Below, one piece after another: positions 39,392-52,343 of a stretch of DNA of 59,552 nucleotides. Location: assembly GCA_000320545.1 (NCBI GenBank), contig ADNK01002329.1, forward strand, positions 1 to 59,552, written 5' to 3'. Every line of letters starts with the position of its first letter. Position 1 is the first letter of the stretch. This stretch comes from Bigelowiella natans CCMP2755. Taxonomy: Eukaryota > Protista > Cercozoa. The notes beneath the pieces were generated by a model that ran no database searches, was not told the origin of the DNA, and was given only the letters and a program-made list of their open reading frames with translations. The position numbers and the translations under genes were made by a program.

Positions 39392-40674
39392 AACAAAGAA
39401 GGTACTAAGTACTAATAAAGTGATGATGGGAGGACAAAGGAGCAACGAATTATATTGGACTCAGTATTTCTGATTGAATCCTTTGTTGTCTGTCTCTTTT
39501 GCTACTCTTCATCTTCCTCCTCCTTCCTCTTTTCCCTCTTACCTACTCTACTACTACTACCTTTTTGCCAAGAACAGAATCTACAAAAAAGAAGCCTTTC
39601 ACCTGCCCAGAGGCTGGATAGAATACCTTTTAATACCAATGGTAGTAGTGGTATAAGCAGTGGTAGTAGTAGTAGTACAGTGGTAGTAGTAGTAGAGAGG
39701 GATACACACACACACACACATACAGATACAAACAAACAGCTCAACTCCATTAGGCGACGAATCAGGCAAGTAAAGAAATAGAAGAAAAGAAAAAAATGAC
39801 GAGAGTTAAGTGAGCTGGTACTGATTTAGCACCACCCCCACCGGCACCTGGCCTGTTCCCTTGACCCAACATGATGCAGGACCTATCTCTCCATCCTTAT
39901 AGCCTCTCACCTGCAGCAGCCATTGTCATCATAATTATACACACACACATAAATACACATACATCATCATAGAGTACTCATCACTCCTCCTCCTCGTTCG
40001 ATTGATTTCGTTTTATGTTGTCGTCATCATCATCGTCATCATCATCATTGCCATAACACTATTTATCGCTATGAATCATCATCCATCTCTACCGATTGAC
40101 GACCGCCAAGCCATTGCACCTGTAGCAAAATAAAATGATGAATCTTGAGTACTCACACATACGGAGAGAGGGAGAAATAGAGAGAGATTTACCTGTGAAT
40201 CGATAGGAACAAGAGGCGCCACATGACAATGCAGATTCATCATCGCAGCGACCTATATATGTGTGTGTCAATGAATGAAGGAACGATTATAAATAAAGCG
40301 AATGTTAATAATATGCTTACTATGATATGAGAATGACTTCTTCCAACTACCTCTGAATTTATCGTCGCAGATGAGACAAAATCCGCATAGGCCTTCCAGT
40401 ACTGTGGCGACTATAGCAATCAATATCCATATAAAATTATATAATTTATTCGAAATATGTATATTAGAAGTTGCTAATAAAAATATTGCACTCAAAATTC
40501 TTCCGATTTTCCTTTTTTAAAATGCCATCCTTCGTTATCATTTTCCTCCTCCTTTCGTCGTTCTTTGCAATACTTATAATACCAATCTTACGTTCGATAG
40601 TGGTAGCGATGTGACAAAGCCGTAGGAGTCCGTTCCAAACAGAGATCTGGCGACATAATAATGATGATGATACA

Positions 40675-40705
<31 letters not shown>

Positions 40706-40870
40706 GTGACGATGCTTCACAGAAGAAGAAGAAGAACAAGAAGAAGAAGAAGGAGGAGGAGGCTTGGAGTTAATCCTCTCTCATTTATCATCGGCTTCGC
40801 CATTGCAGAATCATTTAATAGTCACTTGTGAGTAGCATCCAACATAGTACTACTACTGGTACTAAAACTA

Positions 40871-40908
<38 letters not shown>

Positions 40909-42026
40909 AGCACACATGCATATTTTATACCATATCATACATGTACTACTCTTTCTATTCTTTTAGTGTGGTTTTGTGGCCAGCACCTGGTCAATCGGTG
41001 TGGTGGAGTGTAGTCCTGCAAGCGTTGATGACAGTATCCAAGGTTTCAAATGACGATTGATGACCTGAACAATCAATGATGAGAAAGAACTTGAGACAAC
41101 GATGATGACGATGATAAGTGTGAGAGCAATAAGAGTAGCAGCAGCAGCAGATACTTGTAATCGAAGCTGCAATTGATCGTAGTGAGCAGGGTTCTTTTCA
41201 TCTTCTTGTCCTAAGCTCATCTATTAATATGAAACCACCGAAATCACACACAACAATAAAATAAAAATGATGATGATAATAATAATAACGATGTGTCTTG
41301 TATAATATTCTTGTAGTCATATAATCGTTGTCTTGAAGCAATTTATTACCAGTAGCATCACTACCATCATTATCATCATCATCATCAACAACAACAACAC
41401 CAACAGAATACTACCAGCAGATTTCCATTTTGGTCAAGAGCCAAATTATTCCTCCCCTCAGGGAGGGTTTTTGATGATGATGAAGAAGCAGCAGTAGAAG
41501 AAGAAGATTCTGACTTAATGTTTTCGAAGATTGTCCCCCCCCCTTCTCCGCTACTTCGAGCACCCTTTTAATTATAGTGTGCAGCACTTGTTTCAGACAG
41601 TTATAGTCATGTTTGAGTAATGAAGAGGAGTTTTGGCGGCTACGCAGATGATGACGACGTGAATATGCACACACGCACACACACACAGAGCGAGAGAGAG
41701 AGAGAGAGAAATACGTCTTTGAATCTCAATCGAGCTCTTATCTATCTTATTATCATTAACATTTTAGAGTCCACAATATGTTACCTGTAGGGATGATTTA
41801 GCTCCTCCCTCTTCGCTGTCGCCGACATTTTCTTTTGTTTTCTTTCGAGGTGAGAAAGAGGATGAGAAGAGATCCCCTTTCATTAAAGCTCCTAGTGCCC
41901 GCCAATTCTGATGATATCGAGCGAGAAAGATGAAGATACGAATAGTATATATTACTAGATAGTTGAGAAGATGATGCTGATGATGACGTGTAGGGAAAGT
42001 ATAGGTAATTGACCATCACCACGCAC

Positions 42027-42073
<47 letters not shown>

Positions 42074-42120
42074 TACTACTACCTGGATACGAGCGCCTAC
42101 TGCATAACTATACGATGATC

Positions 42121-42159
<39 letters not shown>

Positions 42160-43244
42160 ATTTAACAACATCGTGCAGTCAAAACAGAGCAATGATGATG
42201 ATGATAATGATGATGATGACGATGGCAATGACGATGGCAATGACGATGATAACAATATTATTTGTTACCAAGCATCGGATTTTCCCAGTCTGCCTCAAAT
42301 GAGAAATTTCCTCGACGAGATATACGGGCCTGTAAGTCACACACACACATACACACACACACACACACACATACGCGCGCGCGCGCACATACAAATATTT
42401 TTCATTCAAAAAATAATTTATTTATTTATTTTCGTCTCGATAATACCAAGCATATTCTAACACAGTAGTTTTCAGAGTATGTGCGTGGGTGTATTATATA
42501 TGTTGTGTATGTGTTTGTTTGGGGGAGTGCATAAGTATAATAAGCAGTAGCACCACCATCACCTTAAGGTGTTGATTGAGACCTAAGAAGTTCTGGTCTT
42601 TGAACTTGATATCACCCATTATCTTTCTGGAACCTGCCAACGATGGACGCAAGAAGATGACACATTATAATGTGTTGTTCAATTGTTTCTTCATATTTTG
42701 CTTAATTGAGAGCTTCTGTAACTAATAATATCTCTCCCTTCTTTCATTCGTTGTTAAATTAATATCATTCTAAAATGTCCTCTTCCTCCTCCTCCTCCTC
42801 CTCCTCCTCCTTGATATCATTATTATCATCACTGACTAAAATTAAAAACGAAGGGGGAAGCAAATTCCTCAATTCTGTGTATATCTGTGTATATCTGTGT
42901 ATATTGTGGAGAGTAACAAAATAGCGAATAACGATATTTTTCTTCGTTATTTGCTATCCATCGTGCCCTTTATTCTCTTCTCTCAGCTACAATAACACCA
43001 AGGTCTATTGTGCAGCCAGGGGCAAGTCCAGTGCCTATTATCGTTCCGAGGACATCGAAGACGACGACATTTTATCAACAGAACAACAACAACAACAACA
43101 ATTCAGACAATTATATCATAAAAAAGAGAGATGATATTGTCGAATGAATGACTGTTAGAATGGGCGACATATTGATGAAGAGCACATATTTTCCTAACCG
43201 TTTCGCTCTGGTTCTCTTACTAGCAACATGACCTTGAACAAATT

Positions 43245-43279
<35 letters not shown>

Positions 43280-43907
43280 AATCATCCACCTTTTCATCAT
43301 TGGATGATTGTTCGTTGTTTTTAGTTAGTTGTTGTCCTTATTCTTAATTACTAATAATATCACCAGCACTTCCCTGCTGCTACTTTACCTTATTCTACCA
43401 TTGTTCTTCTTCTTCTCCCTCCTCCTCCTCTTAAATATTCCTATAAGCTAACGAATAGTACAACAATAATGCCGTTGTATCGACGACCATGATTTTGCCT
43501 TCAGAACTGCATGTGATTTGTGGTACAGCCTAAATAATGCACACATGATATCATTATCATTATTAATAATATTACCATTAGAAATAACATCACACCTCCT
43601 CGAAAAGCCCAGAGTTGATGAGATCAGCCCACTTTTCCGGATCTTACAATTGTGGGTATTGGTTAATAATTGGCTACTCATTCTTATTCTTCTTATCAAC
43701 ACTAGGCAATGCAGTAATGATAATAATATTATTAATATCAACGTGTTCTCCAAATCAGGAAATGAGGAAGGAAAATTATTCCAAGGTGTAAGCTAAAACA
43801 CTGATGATACTACTACTACTACAACTACTACAACTGCTACAACTACTACTCTGCATATAGTTACATACATACATCATCGCTTCGTTCTCACTCATCGGTA
43901 TGAAAAA

Positions 43908-43952
<45 letters not shown>

Positions 43953-44323
43953 GATATATTTATAATATGTATTGAATATGTGTGTTATTATTACTATTAT
44001 TATTAAATAATGATACCCCATTTTGTAACCGTCCCTTTCTTCAACCCCAAAGCATCTCTGTGCAGCAAGGAACAAATAATTCTTATATTCTTATCTAAGA
44101 TCAATGCACCGGCAGCTGCAGCAGCAGTATTACTAGCTACTACTTACTACTTAGTACTACTACTGTTAGTATACCGAACGACTCTTGGCTTAGTTCTGCC
44201 CTCGGTCACTTCAAAGAGATCAGATGGTTTCTCAATAACTCCACCATCCTCCTCCTCCTCCTTCTTCTCCTTCACTGTGAGGGAACCAATCATTCGTATG
44301 TTGTGATTACGATGATAAATCCA

Positions 44324-44376
<53 letters not shown>

Positions 44377-45422
44377 TGTTTATCATAAAACGATGTAAAT
44401 GCTGGCATAAATGTCCTAATTCGTTACAGCTAGAAACGAACACCCCTCTCCTCTTGCTAAATAGAATCGTACCTCCTTTCTCATCCAAGGAAGAAGAAGA
44501 AGCCCCCTGAACGACAGACAACAGGGGGGGGGGGGGGAAGAGGAAAAGGAAAAGGGAAATATATAAAACCAACAAGAACACATCATCAGTCAAATGTGTA
44601 TATGTGTTTGTGTGTGTGCGCGCGCGCGCACGCCACATAGCAATGATGGTATATACCCAATCAATGATGTATAGCACCACCTTATCATCATTTTTCATTG
44701 ATGCTGCTGAGGCTGCGATATTGTCTCCTCCTTCTTTCCCCTCCTTCTCCTTTTGCTTGTTCACCCGTTGTTTCTTTTCCTCATTTTCGCGCCGAATCGT
44801 GTCCCAGGACTTGTGATTTAAGAATTTGATCACTACTTCAGGATCATTCGTCTGAGAGAAAGAGGAGGGGGAGGAGAATGAAGATGAGTTGTAGATAAGA
44901 GCAAGAGATGAGTGGTGATTATAAGTAACAGTAGTTGTACGGTTATACTGGTGGAAGGAACCAAACCAACGACGATGGAGAGCATAGATATTAAAGCAGT
45001 AGATGTATTAATTGATCAGTTTAGTGTAGTAGTAAAGCTATTAAGTGTAGTAACATATAAATTATGTATAAATCATCTCATCATATAATCATGTGACGTG
45101 TGAAATATTATTACAATCGATCGATCGATCTATTGATAATTATGAATCATCATATCACCCACCCTAGGTTCTGTCGCCTTGAAGGTCACTGAACCGTTCT
45201 GAATGATACTTCGGCTGCTCACCTACAACATTATTCCAACAACAACATCATCAAAGTAGCAGGATAGAAATTAATATAGTGTCTGTATTAAATTGTGATG
45301 GTGCTTCCTCTCCTTGCCACTCTCCCCCTAATTTTCCAACGCCAACCTGGCAGAATAAGAAACCCTTCTTCGCGTAGTAACCATGAATACCTAGGTTGTG
45401 GTGGTGGTGGTGGTTGCGGAGC

Positions 45423-45457
<35 letters not shown>

Positions 45458-45665
45458 GCTGTGTTTGTTTTCTGTTGCTGCTGCTAGTACGTCTGCTTTT
45501 CTCTTCTTCTTCTTCTTCTTCTTCTTCTGTGTATGATTGGATAAAACCACAACTACATACGAGTCCATTATTATTATTATTTCCATCATAAGTCATCATC
45601 ATCATCCTACTATAGTAGTAACAGACTACTCAGGAGTAATACGGATATTTAGCTGCACTGGAGGC

Positions 45666-45699
<34 letters not shown>

Positions 45700-46199
45700 C
45701 GATGGCTCTAGTTCATTGTTCAAGGAAAAGAAATCATTGGCGTGTTCGCTTTGTAGTATACGAAATTCATACTTCGAGATTCCACATCATTTCTGCTGCT
45801 GGTTTATTGTTTACTATGTGATACATGCAGTGATTCATTACAGTACACATCAGGTTGGTGCTGACGGCCAGTACTAGTACTACTACTACTACTACTACCC
45901 GCAACAAGTCGCTGAAGCGATTCTCCCGTTGGCTTTGTTCCGAGAAAACCTTATCAGAATTATATGATGATGGTTACGATGATGGTAATGAAGATGATGC
46001 AATCTGGACAACGAGAGAAGTAGTCTGTGCCGATAACACACTATAGGGCGAAGATGATACCTGTGAAGACTGCGATATTCATAACAGCTTCTGGCTCTAC
46101 AACATCGGATATGAGCGTAACATTCGACATAATCTGAGGTGAAAAGGACGAGCAGAATGAAGAAGCCATTAGACTACTACTAGTGAACGAATTGTGCAC

Positions 46200-46238
<39 letters not shown>

Positions 46239-46738
46239 CTGAGACGTCGTCCCACTGTGTAATGTTCCATCCACTTGGATTGGTGCTACTAGTGTTTTTG
46301 TTTTCATTGCTGCGTAGTCCATTAGTATCCTTCGTTGTCGGGGGGGAGACACCTGAATGCATAAAAAACAACTCTATCGTAAAAAACACACAACGAAATT
46401 AACTATTCTTTATTATTGCAGCTTATTATATCGTCGTCACTGTCGTCATAGTTCGCTTTCCCGATTTTCATCGTCATACACTAATGATAACAATAATAAT
46501 GCATTTAGTAGTAGTATGATGATGATGATGAATACCAGTCTCCGTGGACCGCCCTTCATCTTCAACGCCTGAAGAAGCGGAAGAGGCACCGAGGCACGTC
46601 GACAGCAGTGCTGCCAATCCAAATTTTAATTTGCGCCCTACTAAACCTTGATCATCATCGTCATCGTCCATACTCTGGCCTATTAGTCAAATAGAACTGT
46701 TAGAATGCTGCTTCCTATTTAAGGAAAGACATAGAGAT

Positions 46739-46782
<44 letters not shown>

Positions 46783-47427
46783 AGAAGAAATGACGACTTT
46801 GTGCGAATATCCGAGGATGTCGTCCTCCGTCTCCTCCTCCCCCTCCTCCTTCATTTTCGTTGCTACATCCACCTGATTGACGCGTAGGAAGAAAATATGG
46901 TTTTTGCTATTCAATTTGAGCGAGCGACAAACATGAGGAGGCACGATTTGCAACCACCATCACCTTGTTGATGATGATGATAACGACGGCGAGGAATCAA
47001 CCCAATGTTTTGGAGTGAAGAGGAGCGTATATCTAATATGTTTCTCGTAAAATCTCCCTTTGTAGCAATGATGCTTTTCCTGCGATGATAGCAGCATCCA
47101 TGAAATTTAAGAAGAAAGATACTAACATTTTCCAGCAGTATTGCAGAAAAAATATCATACCCAAGCCTTACTAATTACACGTCCCGGAACCAATCCCAAC
47201 ACCTACCTTTGAAGGCTGCTCGGTATTCTCGCGATTAGGGCTTTCCTCCCCTCCCGACGGGTGGCGGTCCAGGGAGCAAAGAACAGGGCAACGAACAGGG
47301 CGGATAGAAGAATCAACCGGTTTTTCCATCTCTTGTTTACATCGTCTCGCATGTCGCCTATCCTCATCTTGACGACTCCCCGCCGCGGCAGGAAGTTCGG
47401 GCGCTGTGGCCCGTGGGCAGGAGCCAT
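38902..47427 (-). CDS. Omp85-family (Toc75/OEP80-like) plastid envelope beta-barrel with POTRA domains and a signal-plus-transit leader (more than 20 exons)
   Basis: Leader NRLILLSALFVALFFAPW followed by an Arg/Ser-rich transit-like region. POTRA RIHGYYAKKGFLFCQV...NGSVTFKATE and GRTKPRVV. Barrel start GDIKFKDQNFLGLNQHL and DWENP, loop-6 motif VRGYKDGEIG (about 39850-39910), and terminal strands GASVGLGVQAGPLCAEFG...LHFTIG. Several middle exons were not fully resolved. Confidence 0.8.
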
Positions 47428-47589
47428 TGTGACTAGACCGTTGATCACCTGGTTCGTTTACGAAATGAGGAAAATGCAGGTAATTTTACTAACTACGACA
47501 TCATCAAATTAGTACCATTTACATGTAGTTCCTTCATGTACGGAAATAATACGGAAACGGAGATCCCGTTTTGATTTGTGATTCAGTGT

Positions 47590-47676
47590 GATCTAGATCT
47601 ACGAGTAGGAAATGTAGGCCTAGATCTACTACTACTAGATCTAGATCTACTTACTCGTAGCTCGTAGATCTACGAG
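47590..47676. promoter_or_regulatory. TAGATCTA palindrome cluster in a divergent promoter
   Basis: Five TAGATCTA copies, including the perfect 16-bp palindrome CTCGTAGATCTACGAG (47661-47676), between the head-to-head Omp85 and J-domain genes. Confidence 0.6.
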
Positions 47677-48052
47677 ACTAAGTAAATATCACGACGGACG
47701 ACGGCACTTTTCAATAGTCAACAACTGCATACCATTTGTCGCATTCGATTAATCGCACTATATTTTACTATCCTTCAAATCATCATCATTTATTCTTGTC
47801 GTATTCGATAAATCCCCTACTAATATCTTACACCATGATCCCTTCGAAATGATGCAGAATGGCAACTTTCCCGCGAAAGCAATTCCTGTCTGCTTAGGAT
47901 GATGACGATGATGATGATGATGATGATGAGCGCTGCCTCCTCCTACACGTAAAAGCCCTTGCTGAAATTTTTTTCGAAGAAATCGACCGACCAATACGAC
48001 GGGCTAACCCAAGAAACACCTTGCACTTCCCCCCACCTCCGTCACGGTGACG

Positions 48053-49387
48053 ATGAGGACGGGTGTGTCTGCCCCACGTGCTGTATTATCCCTTTTCTTT
48101 CTCTTCACCTTAACCGCAGCATGGCCACAGGCTGATACTATATTTGCGGCCACCACCGAATCTGATGAGGACAGCTCTATCCTATCTACCCGGCACCAAT
48201 CACACCTGCTGCAGCATCATCATCAACACCCCAGTCGTCCGACAACAGCCGTGGAAAGAAGAGCTAGACGTCGAAGAAGACGTAGAATTAAAAAGTTCAT
48301 CAAGGGTGCAAAACGAACAGCAGAAGTGGGATTGAGTTCGGTAGCGCTGAGCGTGCTCATCAGTACATGTCGTAGGTCCAAATACTTCGGTAGAAAGGTA
48401 AGAACAAAAAGGAAGTAGCAATAGTAGTGGAAGGAGAAGAAGAAGAATATGATCATGGTAAAGAAGAAGGCGGGGGGGAATAGAGCAACTAGACAGTCCA
48501 TCATTCAGCCAGTAGCCGCCAAATTGTTTATAATCCCGGACGATGTTGTTTCTCTTCACAACTATCAGATTCTACCGAAGATGAAAAAGGCTGCAAATGC
48601 TGTGCTTTTAACTGTGTTTCACATTGGGGATACCGTACTGGACACAGCTGAATCCACTATTACGCGACTAGTCCCACCAAACATGCGCCAACGATTCCAT
48701 CGTTGTTTCGACAGGAGGAGGCGGTGGCCTTCACGGAACGACAGAAACAAGCCTCCGCCGCCCTACCGAGAAAAATTCAGTCCGTACTCAGAAAATCCTT
48801 CTAGAGAAGGAAGGAAGGGGGATGATGTCATTGCAGAAGCCTCTCTGCTCAAAGTTTTCTGGCAACATACCAAATCAACGCTTGTGGAGTCATTTACGAA
48901 GGTTCAAAAGCAATTCCATGACGGCTCAGATTATGTCTGGTCGCACATAAGTAAAATTTTCTCCAACGATGCATTCTTCAAGGAGCTAAAGAAAGAGCAC
49001 TCTCCTGTCATAGTTCTGAGGTTATACTTACCACTGATACGTAATTGATATGATGATAATGATGATGACAATGGCTATCATTATGATGATGACTGTAATA
49101 ATGAACACAAATGGTCCCCTGGATGATCTTGCGCTTTACCCAATTGTTTATTACTCACAAGGCGCATCTACGAGAAGTTTCCGCCAAAAAACAAAGACCA
49201 TCGATTGAGCCCTCAAGCATACACGACCGATATCTTCTATTCGAGAAAACTACAGAAGACATTGCTAAAAAGAGCACTTTTCCATTATCATCCGGATAAA
49301 AATATCCCCACGAAATACGGGCGACGATGGTCGAAAACGTGCAAGAAGATAACTAGTCTTTTGCTTGGTTATTACAAGGCAATCTAA
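48053..49387 (+). CDS. Signal-peptide protein with a C-terminal partial J-domain (HPD motif), 3 exons
   Basis: MRTGVSAPRAVLSLFFLFTLTAAW signal followed by an Arg-rich region. Junctions FGRK|ILPK and VIVLR|RIYEKFPP are in phase. C-terminus LLKRALFHYHPDK...WSKTCKKITSLLLGYYKAI*. Confidence 0.7.
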
Positions 49388-49479
49388 GGAGGTGATTATT
49401 CCGCAACAATGACAATTACGATAAGCATATTGGAACTGCTGTTTTTGATATGAAATAAGTGTCGCGCAAGTTGTTTATT

Positions 49480-50180
49480 ACGCCTGGACACACATGCGTT
49501 TGGTTTGTTTGTGGCATGCATTCAGTGGAATTCACAGCGCTTGCACACGACCGCGCACGCTAATACATGTTCGCCCGTGCAATGCACATGCACAGTTCTA
49601 GAGTTGATCGACCATTATGTGAATTAGCGCGCATCTCAACGTGTACTGTCTGGACTATGAGACCAATGTAATGGATAAGTTCAATGTGTTCGATTGTCAC
49701 TCTAATGTAGCTATGCAAGTGCGGATACAGCACTTAAATTGTACTTGTTTCTTTTCGTGCAAACCGTGTCTATAATTGTTAACTTTGCCATGCTGCATAT
49801 TATACTATGCCCGCTAGCCCGCTTGATATAATATAGTCAACGAATCGCACCTCTTTTAACTAGGAGCTTGCACCCGGGCGCGTGTGTACATCTGCAATGA
49901 TGTCGTAGGCGCCACTGTCATGCATACACGTTGCGCTTAATTCATATTGTGTACAAGGTAGGCTTTCAAGCGCATCGTACTGCGTTAGTGAATATGAATA
50001 GAGCAGAATAGTCGAGATTGTCATCAGTCATTACATTCGTGCACATGTTTTGTGGGTAGCCGTAGCAGGCGTGTCGCATTATCACGTTATCGTGGTAGAC
50101 TATGTCCAGTAGTAGCCATTTGTGTGGTCAGCAGGAATATCAAGTATGCACTATGCTAATATATCATATATTATATGTTA
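49480..50180. other. Convergent-junction alternating purine-pyrimidine palindrome tract
   Basis: Lies between the J-domain (+) and PPR-like (-) 3' ends. Contains ACATGT, GCATGC, TCTAGA, GCGCGC, TAGCTA, GTTAAC, GCTAGC, CCCGGG, TGTACA and GTGCAC. Confidence 0.7.
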
Positions 50181-50182
50181 CA

Positions 50183-52307
50183 TCAGACGGCATACTCCCA
50201 AAGAATGAGTAAGGGTCCCTTTGACGGATTATGTTCGTCTCTTAGTGATAGCTTCTGCAGTCTCTTGAAAGCTGGGTGGCTTTTTATTCGTCCAGAAAGC
50301 TGCGAAATTGGAAACGAACTTCCTTGATCTGAAACATCCTCAGGCTGCATATCATCTTCGATTTTTTGTTCTCCTGCTGCAATTTTGCACGATTCTTCTA
50401 TCATGTAACAAATTCCATCTTCCTCTGCTATTGTCAATGAATGCAGGCTGGTCCAGGGAAATCCAACTCGCTGCGGAAAACTCACAAACTCTCCATAGCC
50501 TTTCTCCCTGTCAGTTAACGAGCGCTCCCTCCCACAATATTCAAAGAATGACACAAAGTATATTCTTCTTCCATAGTAAGGTGTGCTATCTATAGGTATT
50601 TTTTCTTCTATTTGTCTCCAATTACTGCTGTCATAGAACAGCTCCATCGTTCCGTTGTGGTCAAAGCGAATTGTGGTTTGCTTTTGTGGTGTGATACCAA
50701 GCTCAGCATAGCCATAACCATATGCGTCATCTTCGATATCTTGGAGGAGGGCGGCTTTATCCCCTGAACTATTTTGCAAGCCTGGCACGTCGTCTTCCAA
50801 CTCGCTGATGTGAGGCGTTTCTGGCCATTTTGCAAGCCTTGAAGCAAGATCTGAATCACCATCATCATCATCATAATCATTAGATTCATTCTGCCGTTGT
50901 CGCCCTCCATCTACGGCCTGCTTCAACGCCTCCTCAATCATACGCATTTCGCCTTCTTCCTGCGTATTTCTAGCGATATCATCAACACGTTTGTTATTGG
51001 CATCTCGTGTAGCATTAGTTTCTTTTATGTTCTCCATCATCATTTTATCCTCCTCCTCCTCCTCCTCATCGTCCTTAAAATCAGGGGAGAACGTAAGGAC
51101 TTCCAGAGGCGAAGCTTTATCATCCGATATATTTCTTTTTACAAAGATCGGATCCAGTCGTACGTCTCTATTCGCGATTGCAATCACATCTTCCTCATGG
51201 AAGAGTATACGCCGCCGATTTACCGCTATCTGCTGGTGCCGCTGTTGTTGTGTTGTTATTGCTTTTTTCAGAGCCAATCCAAACGATCCAAGCCAAAATA
51301 TATTCGCAACAACTCTTTCACACACCACATTTCCTTCTTCACCTCCTCCTCCCCCTCCTCCTCCTCCTCCCTGTAAATGGCAGTGAAGAGAAACAGCTCG
51401 CTGTAAGACAGTGGTGGTGGTGTTGACACCGTAAGCAGCTGCGAGGACAGCAACCGCAGTATCATGCGGATTATTGCAGGATTGCTGCTCTTGATTGGTT
51501 CGTGTATTGCTTCTAGATAGATACGCTTCTTCCTTAAGCATTGTGAACCATTCGTCTCGAGTCCCTTTAAAGGGGTATGATTTTTTGTTCTGGCCTTCAA
51601 ACAGAGGAGGAGGAGAAGGAGAGCAATTCTCCCTCTTAGTTTCTACTAAAGGCGACGCCACTGGGCGGATATACAGCCCACAATCAATATTAGCACTGTA
51701 TGGAAGTGAACTGCGAATTGAGCGAAGACCACCACCCGTTGAGTTGTTTGTCAGCATGCTATGAAAGATATAAATGTGCAGCAGGAAAAATGAGAAAGGG
51801 GAGGGAAGGAGGAGAAACTTAAAGACTGATATTATTGAATTTAAGTAAAGTGAACACATACAAATGATAAATAGCACATAACCAGTACAAACGTAAATGC
51901 AGTCACGCTGGTATATATTTTCTCTCACCTATACAATAGTATGAGAGTATTTACTGCTTCTTCAATAGCAGCTTTAGCCAGAGCAGGTGGCCTTGTCTCC
52001 ATGGCTGCATGCATGATGTCTTCAAATCCCACAATTCCGTTACCAGCAGTTATCGGAAATATGTTGCACGTGTGAGCGAGATGCACCTGGAAAGCGAACC
52101 TATTGTTGTTGTTGCAAACTACTTTTACAACCAATATCATAGGATATTATCGTTTGAAATATGTAAGATATTATTACTTTGCGCAGCAAAAGATTTGACG
52201 ACGACGACGACGACGACGACGTTGATAAGAAACTAACCATTTATGTTCTATGATGATTGTCGTGTCGCAGAATCACACGACGCTAACGACGAATACGACA
52301 GTTGGTG

Positions 52308-52343
<36 letters not shown>

